From Candidatus Methanoperedens sp. (GTDB lineage: Archaea > Halobacteriota > Methanosarcinia > Methanosarcinales > Methanoperedenaceae): 32,000 nt of DNA. Shown here in pieces: positions 1-8,553 of the stretch. How positions within the stretch are numbered: the first letter of the stretch is position 1; every line of letters starts with the position of its first letter. The stretch lies in the NCBI GenBank assembly GCA_027460535.1, contig JAPZAR010000004.1, positions 58,927-90,926 of the forward strand. The letters are read 5' to 3'. The notes beneath the pieces were generated by a model. It was not told the origin of the DNA and did no database searches. It saw only the letters and a program-made list of their open reading frames with translations. Position numbers and translations under genes: made by a program.

Positions 1-638
1 ACAGAAATATACTGCTCAGTACTAGCCCCAATGCTTGAGAATGGCATCTGCGTATCAAGAACAGCCCTTATCTGGTTGAGTTTACTATTCCCTATATTTT
101 TTAATGCAACCTTGAGTTTAAACGTATCCCCAGGCTTGATATGCTCCGGAATCGTAGTAATGTTCACAGTATCGATCTTAATAACTTCCGGGTTTTCAGC
201 TACTTTGATACCGACATAAAGATCTTCCTGGCGTTTTACTGTTCCATCTGCAACCGTTGACCAGATAACGGTGAGAGGGATATAATATGTGCCTTTTGCA
301 ACAGTGTCTTTGATATATATCTCGTATTGAATCGTAAAGTTCTGGTTCCCGCGAATTTCATTGCCAACAAATTTCTGCAATTCATGCGTAATTTTTATTG
401 GATCTGCCTTATCTTTATCAATTGCGGTCGAGACGCCGAATGCAGAATAATTGTAAATATTCTGCATAGTTATATTGATTGTTTTGATATCTGATGGGTA
501 AAACTCAACAGGCGAGACGCTTGTAATCACAAACTGATGGTATTGAGCAAGTTCAACTTCGCCTGGATCAGATAGACCACTGGCTAGCTGGATACCAAGA
601 AATATTAAGATACCCACACAAATATTTCTACATCTCAT
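1..638 (-). CDS. secreted CARDB/COG1361-like surface protein, N-terminal part (gene runs off the left window edge)
   Basis: Absent from the ORF track because it is edge-truncated. My minus-strand translation from the ATG at 638 reads MRCRNICVGILIFLGIQLASGLSDPGEVELAQYHQFVITSVSP...IPEHIKPGDTFKLKVALKNIGNSKLNQIRAVLDTQMPFSS and stays open to base 1. It has a signal peptide and a GDTFxLxVxLxNxG strand pattern typical of CARDB-type Ig-like repeats. Confidence 0.7.
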   Translation of the reverse strand, partial: MRCRNICVGILIFLGIQLASGLSDPGEVELAQYHQFVITSVSPVEFYPSDIKTINITMQNIYNYSAFGVSTAIDKDKADPIKITHELQKFVGNEIRGNQNFTIQYEIYIKDTVAKGTYYIPLTVIWSTVADGTVKRQEDLYVGIKVAENPEVIKIDTVNITTIPEHIKPGDTFKLKVALKNIGNSKLNQIRAVLDTQMPFSSIGASTEQYIS

Positions 639-984
639 GAGTCCGTGGCAAATAGGCATCCTATTGTAAAAAGCTTTCTGCTCAGTTCTTAGAATTTTAA
701 GAAATTTGTATTATTAAATTAGAGTTGCAAATGGCATGTGACAATAATATTTTTCTATCATTTTAATTATTTATTATGATGATGGTAAACACCACAGCCT
801 TTATAATATGGTAGATGCTATGAGAACAATTGGTGGCGATAATGGTAGTTAAAATGGTTGCTCGATAAACTTTATTTCATATTCCATTAACCAATTGGGA
901 GAACTTGCGGTGGATGCAGATGAATCAGAGTCACGTAGTTGACATGCTGACAAATAGGGAGGTGAAATCTGAGATAAAAGCCTA

Positions 985-1008
985 AGCTTTGAGCGCAGGA
1001 AACTGCGC
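985..1008 (+). promoter_or_regulatory. conserved motif AGCTTTGAGCGCAG plus hairpin GCGCAG-GAAA-CTGCGC upstream of small secreted protein gene A
   Basis: The same 14-nt motif and a hairpin occur at the equivalent position (2963-2986) upstream of the paralog. An A/T-rich TATA-like stretch (GAGATAAAAG) lies about 15 nt upstream. Confidence 0.45.
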
Positions 1009-1070
1009 CGTAAAATAAAATAATGAATGACATTTGAACATAAATTAATGCAGAAAAAAGGTGACAATAT

Positions 1071-1541
1071 ATGAAAAAGATTGTAATAGTAGGTATAATA
1101 GCAATAATGATAGGTTCGGTATATGCAGTATATGCCGGATCATCAGTGACGGGAGACTCAAACGCGCAAGCTTTCATAGGATCAATTTGTTTCAAACCTG
1201 GCCCCTATAGTGATTTGCATGTTTTGAGAATTGACCAAGTAGGTAATGCCTTGCAGGTAACAGGCTATAACCCAGTTTATCCCAGCGCGATGGATGGCGG
1301 AGGAGCAGTTGTTAATGGTCATCTCCTCCTTCATATAGACGAGGCAATTCCTGCCTATGCATATTGGGGCGTTCACAGTATTGATATAACCTTGGCCACA
1401 ATGACAGGGACAGATGACCTTAGATGGACTGATGTAAATAATAATTTAGTTATTGGTTACACAGATTTAAATTACACAAGAGTCCCATGTCCGGCACCTG
1501 GTTCTCAATCAGAATCGGGCTCAACATCGGTAGGTAAATAA
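1071..1541 (+). CDS. small secreted two-cysteine protein, paralog A (unknown family)
   Basis: ORF with an AGGTGA RBS-like sequence upstream and signal peptide MKKIVIVGIIAIMIGSVYAVYA. It aligns along its full length with 3049..3531 (GSICFKP/GTLCFQP, QVTG, MDEA/IDEAIP, RVPCPAPG/RVACSPAG). Confidence 0.8.
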   Translation: MKKIVIVGIIAIMIGSVYAVYAGSSVTGDSNAQAFIGSICFKPGPYSDLHVLRIDQVGNALQVTGYNPVYPSAMDGGGAVVNGHLLLHIDEAIPAYAYWGVHSIDITLATMTGTDDLRWTDVNNNLVIGYTDLNYTRVPCPAPGSQSESGSTSVGK

Positions 1542-1595
1542 CCGAATTAGAAAGAGAGGTCTCTTTTTAGAGTATGAATTGTGAATGTGAAATCT

Positions 1596-1632
1596 GTTCG
1601 GCATCCTGCAAAGGCTGCCGAACTCATTTTTT
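1596..1632 (+). terminator. hairpin GTTCGGCA...TGCCGAAC followed by a T-run
   Basis: Perfect 8-bp stem (1596-1603 / 1616-1623) followed by TCATTTTTT. Confidence 0.55.
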
Positions 1633-1668
1633 GATAGATGATAAATGAAAGAATGGAGGCGTAATAAA

Positions 1669-2901
1669 ATGAAAATATCGACTGTTTATAATAAAATTGC
1701 AATATTCATAATTATCTCATTGGTTTTGGGAACAGGTTTAGCGGGTGCAAAGCTTGGAACTGATTCAACAAGAATAGTGATCACGCTTGATTCCCAGACA
1801 GTTAAGGATAATGTAATCAAAGCAGTACAGGACAATGGCGGAACGTTTGTTAGAGAAACGCTCGACAATAAATTGATCTTCTATATTCCGACTGCGTCTC
1901 TCAATAATCAGATATCCATTTTAACAATTCCGGGTGCAGCTTATATAGAGGAGGATGCACAGATCCAAATTCCGACCCCCATAATAGAGGTCGCAGGTCC
2001 TGGAGAAAATATTCAGCTAACACCCAATGATCCTTTGTATCCCAACCAATGGGGCATGCGTATGATAGAGGCGAATAAGATGTGGGACACTCCTAAAGGG
2101 AAAGGGGATAGCCGGTTAATCGTAGCTGTTATAGACACTGGAGTGGACTACACTCACGAGGACCTCGCTGCTGTGAATAAGACTTTAGGATATGATTTTG
2201 TGAATAATGACAACGATCCTATGGATGATATGGGACACGGCACGCATGTAGCAGGCATAATTGCTGCCACTATGAATAACAAAAAAGGAGTGGTAGGGGT
2301 TGCGCCAAATGTCACAGTGATGCCCGTTAAGGTGTGTAATGCTTATGGTTCATGCTATACGTCTGATATAGCAGATGGCATAAGATGGGCCGTGGACCAT
2401 GGGGCAAAAATATTGAGCATCAGCCTTGGAGGACCTTCACCGGACCAGCAGACCTCTGACGCTACCAAGTATGCAGTTTTGACTAAGGGCGCACTGGTTA
2501 TTGCAGCAGCCGGCAACAGTGGATTAGAACAGCCCAGCTATCCTGGTGCTTATCCATGGGTTCTTGCTGTGGGAGCTCTTGATTCAACTGGAAAAAGAGC
2601 TTCTTACAGCCAATATGGAAACTTCCTGGATCTAATGGCCCCTGGTTCCAACATAATCTCAACTGTTCCAAAAGGTGCATGCGAACTCTGTGATCCATCA
2701 GGTTATGAATACTTGAGCGGTACTTCAATGGCCACACCCCATGCGAGCGGAGTTGCCGCGCTTTATTGGTCATATAATCTGAGTTTCACCAATAAGCAGG
2801 TCGGTATCATGCTACTCAAATTTGCGGATGATCTGGGAACGCCAGGCTGGGACAAATATTATGGTTATGGTAGAGTGGACGCTTATCCGCAGGACGGATG
2901 A
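1669..2901 (+). CDS. secreted subtilisin-like serine protease (peptidase S8) with I9-type propeptide
   Basis: Catalytic triad motifs VAVIDTGVD, HGTHVAG and GTSMATPH, plus a signal peptide. GGAGG lies 8 nt before the ATG at 1669; an alternative ATG is at 1645. Confidence 0.93.
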   Translation: MKISTVYNKIAIFIIISLVLGTGLAGAKLGTDSTRIVITLDSQTVKDNVIKAVQDNGGTFVRETLDNKLIFYIPTASLNNQISILTIPGAAYIEEDAQIQIPTPIIEVAGPGENIQLTPNDPLYPNQWGMRMIEANKMWDTPKGKGDSRLIVAVIDTGVDYTHEDLAAVNKTLGYDFVNNDNDPMDDMGHGTHVAGIIAATMNNKKGVVGVAPNVTVMPVKVCNAYGSCYTSDIADGIRWAVDHGAKILSISLGGPSPDQQTSDATKYAVLTKGALVIAAAGNSGLEQPSYPGAYPWVLAVGALDSTGKRASYSQYGNFLDLMAPGSNIISTVPKGACELCDPSGYEYLSGTSMATPHASGVAALYWSYNLSFTNKQVGIMLLKFADDLGTPGWDKYYGYGRVDAYPQDG

Positions 2902-2962
2902 ACAATAACGATTCCCGGGAGTTATTTTTGTATGGAGATGAAAAGTATGGGATATAAAATTG

Positions 2963-2986
2963 AGCTTTGAGCGCAGAATTCTGTGT
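2963..2986 (+). promoter_or_regulatory. second copy of AGCTTTGAGCGCAG motif plus hairpin GCGCAG-AATT-CTGTGT
   Basis: Motif identical to 985-998. The stem is retained with two G-C to G.T changes, and the TATA-like GATATAAAAT lies just upstream. Confidence 0.45.
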
Positions 2987-3048
2987 GGTCTTATGAATCA
3001 AGGAAAATGGAACGAAGATGATCAAAATATTCAGTAGGAGTGTGGAAA

Positions 3049-3531
3049 ATGAAAAAAATAATAATGTTAGGAATAGCAGTAATGGCCATATTCTCCGCAA
3101 TTGCAGTATATGCACAGATAAGTTCATCATCGGCATTGAACACAGATGCGGATGTGCAAGGTTATGTTGGAACGCTTTGTTTCCAGCCGCAAGGTTTTGG
3201 AGACATATATGTGTTGAACTTTGACAAAGTTGGCAACGCGTATCAGGTAACAGGTGGCGATGCCGCCGTTGGGTCAGCTGTGAACGGCGGGGGAATGCAG
3301 TATGGTACAGAGATTTTTCTGACCATGGATGAGGCATATCCACCTTACCAAATTTTTGGTGAACATGCCATAAATATTTCTCTTAAGACATTAAACGCGA
3401 CAGACTCGGTCAGATTCAGCGACATCAATGATACCGTCTATCTGACCTATTCGTACTATCCATTTATTAGGGTTGCGTGTTCGCCGGCAGGCGCTCCTTT
3501 AGAGAAAGGCAAATCGTTTGCAGGTAGATAG
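3049..3531 (+). CDS. small secreted two-cysteine protein, paralog B
   Basis: AGGAG lies 8 nt before the ATG at 3049 (the ORF track starts at the GTG at 3040). Signal peptide MKKIIMLGIAVMAIFSAIAVYA; paralog of 1071..1541. Confidence 0.8.
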   Translation: MKKIIMLGIAVMAIFSAIAVYAQISSSSALNTDADVQGYVGTLCFQPQGFGDIYVLNFDKVGNAYQVTGGDAAVGSAVNGGGMQYGTEIFLTMDEAYPPYQIFGEHAINISLKTLNATDSVRFSDINDTVYLTYSYYPFIRVACSPAGAPLEKGKSFAGR

Positions 3532-3569
3532 ACTATACGTTACTAAGGAGTGAAAATATAGGATTCAAT

Positions 3570-3597
3570 GGCACCCCATGGGTGCCCTTCTATTTTT
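3570..3597. terminator. perfect hairpin GGCACCC-CAT-GGGTGCC plus T5
   Basis: 7-bp perfect stem at 3570-3586 followed by CTTCTATTTTT. A homologous hairpin lies at 8508-8525. Confidence 0.6.
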
Positions 3598-3620
3598 AAA
3601 AATGGATTTTAGAGAGAGCC

Positions 3621-3762
3621 TTAATCAAGATACCCGAGCAATCTCAACCTCTCCTTCACCTTTGCCTCATCTTCCTCAGAGAAGACTTCTTCAGGTTCCT
3701 TCTCCGGTTTCTTTTACAACTTCCTCCAATACAAAACTAACGTCAAATCTTATCTGGATATG
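3621..3762 (-). pseudogene. 3' fragment of an RHH/LGYLD-tail gene (degraded paralog of 8554..8775)
   Basis: The minus-strand translation gives ...EEVFSEEDEAKVKERLRLLGYLD*, then a frame break, then DVSFVLEEVVKET. The nucleotide alignment to 8554-8712 is obvious by eye. The N-terminal RHH part is missing. Confidence 0.75.
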
Positions 3763-3830
3763 ATATTTTCACTGCAAACCGGAAGAATTGTTACGGTTTG
3801 ATTAAATAATAAGAACAGTTTTTTGTTTTC

Positions 3831-4045
3831 AGAAAGGTTCTTATACTACTTATGAAATTATGATTATTGTGAGGCTTTATTCAATGCGTGTGGTGGAAAC
3901 CTCAAGATAGCCATAATTACGGCGAAACGCCAAATCATTTGGCTAATAAAGGCCGGTGTTTTTACTGTAGTTTGACCATCAAAGTTCAGGTTGTGGAGTG
4001 TCCATTGAGCAGTGGGTGGGTCTTCAAATAAAAATAGAGGTAAAT
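3831..4045 (+). promoter_or_regulatory. conserved promoter plus ~175-nt 5' leader, copy A
   Basis: About 88-90% identical by eye to 7272-7487 and of equal length. It has a BRE/TATA-like AAAGGTTCTTATACTA, and near-identity starts at GTGAGGC (3869). Hairpins seen: GGCG-AAA-CGCC, GCCAAA-TCA-TTTGGC, TTTGA-CCA-TCAAA. Confidence 0.6.
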
Positions 4046-5062
4046 ATGAAAAACTTAGGGATTAGAACAGGTATAGCATTGCTAATACTCTTTTCAATGA
4101 TGGGTATTGCGTATGCGAACCCAGTCGACTTGACAAATGGGAATAAGGCAAGCGATGTTAAAGATAGCGGACAAATAGCACCAGAAAAGATTACTGTGGC
4201 TGCTACCATCTTGGATGATTTTAATCGTTCTGACGGGCCTATAGGTCCTGCTTGGACAAATCAGGCAGGGACATTTATGGTTTCAGGCATGGCTGCGGTA
4301 GGCGGTCCTATGGCGTTAGCCACTTATAATGGTGTCACCTCTAATGTGGTAGAGGCAGATGTTCAATCCGTCGGCACCGGTCTTGAGTATGTAGGGATTG
4401 ATATGGGATACGCTGATATCAATAACAATCTCTTTCTGAAAGTTCAGAATCAAGATGGAGACGATCGATTCGAATGGGGAGCTTGCTATGTCGGAAATGG
4501 TGGACGTGGCTTCGGACTAGGATTTTTCCCACTCAGCTCTCCTTTTACCAAAGCACATATGCGGGCTGAACTGAATGGCAATACAGTAACTATAACTTTC
4601 GAAAACATTGACGGTGGATCGGGAACACAGACATATGTCTGCAGCGGTGCTCCAGCCACCGGGGGAAATGGCGTCGGGATTGTAGGTTACGCTAGTGCTT
4701 CAAAGATAGACAATTTTGCAGCCGCAATTGCATCACCTTTACCATCAGTTTCAATCTCCACAAACAAAGCGGTGTACGCTCCAGGCGAGACGATACAGCT
4801 TAAGCTGAACATCTCAAATCCTACTACCAATACATATCCATCGAACATTGCATTAGACATATTGTGGCCCGGTGGAACTGGGATGACCTTCCTCAACACA
4901 GCATTCACCATGACGCCTGGAATGAAAGCAGTAAAGGTATTCCCCATTCCAATCCCGAATAGCATATATGTCGCAAACGGAGATTACAAATTTAATGCAA
5001 AACTGACTTTTAGTGGCAGTTCAGCAACCAGTTCGGCCTCCTTCACTATAAGGAGACCCTAA
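4046..5062 (+). CDS. secreted protein; N-terminal domain possibly ConA-like lectin/glucanase fold, C-terminal Ig-like (CARDB-like) domain
   Basis: AGAGG RBS before the ATG at 4046. The upstream GTG at 3998 is not conserved in the paralogous leader. Signal peptide MKNLGIRTGIALLILFSMMGIAYA; motifs DDFNRSDGPIGPAW and YAPGETIQLKLNISN. Confidence 0.75.
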   Translation: MKNLGIRTGIALLILFSMMGIAYANPVDLTNGNKASDVKDSGQIAPEKITVAATILDDFNRSDGPIGPAWTNQAGTFMVSGMAAVGGPMALATYNGVTSNVVEADVQSVGTGLEYVGIDMGYADINNNLFLKVQNQDGDDRFEWGACYVGNGGRGFGLGFFPLSSPFTKAHMRAELNGNTVTITFENIDGGSGTQTYVCSGAPATGGNGVGIVGYASASKIDNFAAAIASPLPSVSISTNKAVYAPGETIQLKLNISNPTTNTYPSNIALDILWPGGTGMTFLNTAFTMTPGMKAVKVFPIPIPNSIYVANGDYKFNAKLTFSGSSATSSASFTIRRP

Positions 5063-5073
5063 AAATCCCATTT

Positions 5074-5121
5074 GTGATTAGGAATTTCAACTCGAAATTC
5101 TTATCACTTTTTATTTTTTTT
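5074..5121 (+). terminator. imperfect hairpin followed by a long T-run
   Basis: GTGATTAGGAATTTC...GAAATTCTTATCAC followed by TTTTTATTTTTTTT. Confidence 0.55.
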
Positions 5122-5156
5122 ATGATGTAAAAACAATCTATTGGAGGTAAAAAACT

Positions 5157-6863
5157 ATGAATCAAAATAGAACCAAATTGAAAAAATCGAGTAAAGGGTT
5201 ACGACCAGGTTTTCAGATAATCATCATAGGAATTGTGTGGTTGATGATTGCAGCAATATTTCCAGTTGCACAGGCGGGCGCTGAAACTGCGTCGAGCAGG
5301 GTTTCAAGTTCTGATGACGAGACAGCTTTTCAGGCGAGTCTTTCACATCTCCAGACGCAAGCTGCAGAATGGGGAATCAAAGATGCTAAGGAAGAGTTTC
5401 GCCTTAGAAGGGTCGCCCGGGATGATCTCGGCATTATCCATGTCCGTCTTGATCAGATGTACAACGGGATACCAGTATTTGGACAGCAGATGATAGTCCA
5501 TATCAATAGTAATGGGTCTCTTCAGTCAGTGACGGGTAGCTACAAAGCAGGCATTACGGTGCAGACCCAGCCCAAAATCTCAGGTCAGATAGCAAGAGAA
5601 AAAGCACTTCAATTCTTCAATGGACCGGTTACGAATAACCCAGAGACTGAATTGTTGGTCTATCCCATGGATGGAATAACAACGCTCGTTTACCGTGTTG
5701 TGATGGAAGATGAGAGTGCACCGAAAAGAATCGTGGCATTTGTGGATGCTATGACAGGTAAAATAATTGATAGCTATGATGATCTGCAGACCTTTTTGCC
5801 TTCAACCGAAGTGCAGACCCAGCTCGTGAAAGAACAGGATTCTTCAGATAAGAAAACGCTTTCTGTTACGACTGTAGCCCCTGCAAAAGGGATTGGTCGT
5901 AGTTTGTACAGTGGAACAATCAATATCATTACTCTTAATCAATCGAAGAAGTACTACACGCTTGATCCCTTAAAAGGTTCAGGGTCTCAGGTAAGTGGCT
6001 ATATGCGCACAAGCGACTTGAATAATGGTTATTCTGGAGACGGAATCATATTTTCTGACCTGGATAATGTTTGGGGCAATGGTCAAAACACTGATCGTGC
6101 CACAGCAGGCGTTGATGCGCACTATGGCGCTGAGATGACTTGGGATTATTATTTGCAGTCTTTCAACCGAAAGGGGATATACAATGACAATAAAGGGACG
6201 TTATCTAGAGTCCATTATGGAGTTAAATATAACAATGCCTTTTGGGACAGTTCATGCAGGTGCATGACATATGGAGACGGGGACGGGATTACCTTTTCAC
6301 CTCTTGTTTCTCTGGATATCGCTGGGCATGAGATGACGCATGGGGTTACAGAATCCGTAGCGGGTCTCATTTATACCAGACAATCAGGTGGACTTAACGA
6401 AGCGATGTCGGATATCTTCGGGACGATAGTGGAATTCTATGCTGCTTCCAGAGGCGCCAATAAAACACCAAATTATTTAATCGGTGAGGATGCCTACACA
6501 CCTGCCATACCTGGAGATGCTCTCCGTTATATGAACAATCCAACAAAAGACGGACATAGTATTGATAATTTCCTTGATTACAGGGATGGGATCGATGTGC
6601 ACTATTCCAGTGGAATAGCCAACAATGCATTCTATCTGCTCGCCGAAGGAGGAACGCACAGGTTAGGCGGTAAGGTTACCGGCATAGGTAAAGCTAAAGC
6701 CATGCGAATCTTCTTTCGAGCGCTCGATGTCTATATGATCCCGACTGAGACCTTTTCCCAGGCGCGGGCTCATACAATCCAGGCTGCAACGGATTTGTAC
6801 GGAGCAAGTAGTCAGGAAGTCACATCTGTAAAGCAGACATGGGATGCTGTAAAAGTTGTTTGA
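5157..6863 (+). CDS. secreted thermolysin-like zinc metalloprotease (peptidase M4) with FTP and PepSY-type propeptide
   Basis: HEMTHG (HExxH) and the downstream GGLNEAMSDIFG glutamate ligand motif. N-terminal signal/TM segment, FTP-like block IIHVRLDQMYNGIPVFG, and a GGAGGT RBS. Confidence 0.93.
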   Translation: MNQNRTKLKKSSKGLRPGFQIIIIGIVWLMIAAIFPVAQAGAETASSRVSSSDDETAFQASLSHLQTQAAEWGIKDAKEEFRLRRVARDDLGIIHVRLDQMYNGIPVFGQQMIVHINSNGSLQSVTGSYKAGITVQTQPKISGQIAREKALQFFNGPVTNNPETELLVYPMDGITTLVYRVVMEDESAPKRIVAFVDAMTGKIIDSYDDLQTFLPSTEVQTQLVKEQDSSDKKTLSVTTVAPAKGIGRSLYSGTINIITLNQSKKYYTLDPLKGSGSQVSGYMRTSDLNNGYSGDGIIFSDLDNVWGNGQNTDRATAGVDAHYGAEMTWDYYLQSFNRKGIYNDNKGTLSRVHYGVKYNNAFWDSSCRCMTYGDGDGITFSPLVSLDIAGHEMTHGVTESVAGLIYTRQSGGLNEAMSDIFGTIVEFYAASRGANKTPNYLIGEDAYTPAIPGDALRYMNNPTKDGHSIDNFLDYRDGIDVHYSSGIANNAFYLLAEGGTHRLGGKVTGIGKAKAMRIFFRALDVYMIPTETFSQARAHTIQAATDLYGASSQEVTSVKQTWDAVKVV

Positions 6864-6886
6864 GCGGTTGAGTACAGCAATAAGGC

Positions 6887-6942
6887 TTGGGAATAGTAAT
6901 TCTGCGCATTCGCAGGTTATTTCCCAAACCAATTTATTTTAT
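6887..6942 (+). terminator. nested hairpin (TTGGGAATA...TATTTCCCAA with inner CTGCG...CGCAG) plus T-rich tract
   Basis: Seen directly 24 nt after the M4 stop codon. Confidence 0.5.
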
Positions 6943-7271
6943 TCTATCAATCTTTCGGATAGGCGTCCACACCGTCATAATCGCAGTACTTTTCCTTACA
7001 AAGATTACCTAAATCGTCTGCATTTTTTATAATCATCTGAACAATTCTCTTATCAGTAAAAGTCGGTCTAGTCTTTTCATGAGGGAATGGTTTGTTTCAC
7101 GAACAACGAATCCCATTGAAAATTATTATCGAACTGCTGTGCCTGACTATTTAAAACGGATCTTCAAAACATCACATGGAGCTTTAAAATGCCTGGACAT
7201 TAGGAAGAATTATTGGTTAAATAACATTTCAAAAAATATTTAACACCAAAAGATTTGACACACACTTTTTT

Positions 7272-7487
7272 AGAAAGGTTCTTATACTATTAATCAAATT
7301 ACCAATTTTGTGAGGCTTTATTCAATGCGTGTGGTGGAAACCTCAAGAAAGCCATTATTACGGCGAAAATGCCAAATCATTTGGCTAATAAAAGCTGGTG
7401 TTTTTGCTGTAGTTTGACCATCAAAGTTCAGATTGCGGAGTATCCATTGAGCAGTGGGTGGGTCTCTAAATAAAAATAGGAGTAAAT
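7272..7487 (+). promoter_or_regulatory. conserved promoter plus ~175-nt 5' leader, copy B
   Basis: See copy A. Weaker similarity extends upstream to 7203 (versus 3781). Confidence 0.6.
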
Positions 7488-8315
7488 ATGAAAAACTTAG
7501 GAATTAGAACAGGAATGGCAATGCTGGTGCTTGTCTTCATGATAAGTGCTGCTTATGCCGCAGATAGCAGTGTCGCACCGGAAGGCTTTAAGTCAATCTC
7601 CGGGGTAACGCATTTCAATCCGGGTATTGCGGGAGTAAAGAAGATCTTATTAATAGAAGATCAACTGCCTTGGGGACTCAATTCCAATAGTGAGGCACTG
7701 ATGAACCTGAGCCTGACCGCTGATAAGGTAACCGCAGCCGGTCTTCCGAATGTTGTCTGGAACGATTACTCTTTGATAATCGTGGCATCTGACCAGCCGC
7801 AGGCTCTCTACACTGCCCTCGCTCCATACATAAGCCCTGGAGGAGCATTGTACAATTGGGTCAAAGCAGGTGGTGTGCTTAACTTTCATGCAGCAGCATG
7901 GGGATTTCATAGCAGCGACTGGACTCTGGCTTTCAAACTGCCAGGAGGAATTAGCGCGGTCAATAATTACACGAATGATGTCACAGTAATAGGACCGTCG
8001 ACCCCACTCCCGCCAGCAAAGGGACCGTATAAAGCAATAACTGACGCAGACCTTGATAACTGGAACTTTGCTTCCCATGGGTATCTAAAATATGTGGGAG
8101 GCGACACACCACCATCAGGAGGGGTAGTCACACTCAAAGAGGCTGGTGCAGGAACGAAGCCGGTATATACGATATACAAGTTCGGCAGTGGTGTAGTCCT
8201 CATGACATTACAGCCAATAGAATGGGGATATCACAACGGAAAAACACCCAACTCCAAGTACGCCCTGATGAACGACATACTTGGCGGAAGAAAGATAGAC
8301 AATGTAATATCGTAA
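7488..8315 (+). CDS. secreted protein of unknown function
   Basis: AGGAG RBS. Signal peptide MKNLGIRTGMAMLVLVFMISAAYA is homologous to that of 4046..5062, but the mature part is unrelated to it. Confidence 0.75.
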   Translation: MKNLGIRTGMAMLVLVFMISAAYAADSSVAPEGFKSISGVTHFNPGIAGVKKILLIEDQLPWGLNSNSEALMNLSLTADKVTAAGLPNVVWNDYSLIIVASDQPQALYTALAPYISPGGALYNWVKAGGVLNFHAAAWGFHSSDWTLAFKLPGGISAVNNYTNDVTVIGPSTPLPPAKGPYKAITDADLDNWNFASHGYLKYVGGDTPPSGGVVTLKEAGAGTKPVYTIYKFGSGVVLMTLQPIEWGYHNGKTPNSKYALMNDILGGRKIDNVIS

Positions 8316-8316
8316 T

Positions 8317-8345
8317 AGGGATTTCAAATCCCTATCATTTTTTTA
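8317..8345 (+). terminator. hairpin AGGGATTT-CA-AATCCCT plus T-run
   Basis: Stem at 8317-8333 followed by ATCATTTTTTT. Confidence 0.55.
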
Positions 8346-8356
8346 TTAGAGATATA

Positions 8357-8470
8357 ACTCTGCAAATAAATGATACGGTCTAATTGACTTATTCTTATTA
8401 TCCATTTATTGGAGTTAGTTTCCGCCTCCAGGCTCCATTAGAGAAAAGCAAATCATTTGCAGGTAGACAG
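8357..8470 (+). pseudogene. 3' fragment of a third small two-cysteine secreted protein gene
   Basis: Aligns to 3413-3531. Translation LQINDTV*LTYSYYPFIGVSFRLQAPLEKSKSFAGRQ compares with SDINDTVYLTYSYYPFIRVACSPAGAPLEKGKSFAGR*. It has an in-frame stop, a one-codon deletion and no 5' part. Confidence 0.75.
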
Positions 8471-8507
8471 ATTATAGGCATTAAAGAGCAGCCTTATAAG
8501 ATTCGAA

Positions 8508-8537
8508 GGCACCCAAACGGGTGACCACGCAAAAAAT
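8508..8537 (-). terminator. hairpin (GGCACCC-AAAC-GGGTG) with adjacent T6 on the minus strand
   Basis: Homologous to the 3570-3586 hairpin. The minus strand reads CCATTTTTTGCG just after the RHH gene stop. Confidence 0.45.
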
Positions 8538-8553
8538 GGAATTTAGAGATATC

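Noticed and set aside
3998-4045. N-terminal extension of the secreted protein from the GTG at 3998 (as in the ORF track), and an 8-codon uORF at 3884-3910 in the leader
   Set aside because: In the paralogous leader (7440-7487) the extension frame is closed by a TAA. The uORF has a completely different length in copy B. The ATG at 4046/7488 has an AGAGG/AGGAG RBS and begins the conserved signal peptide.
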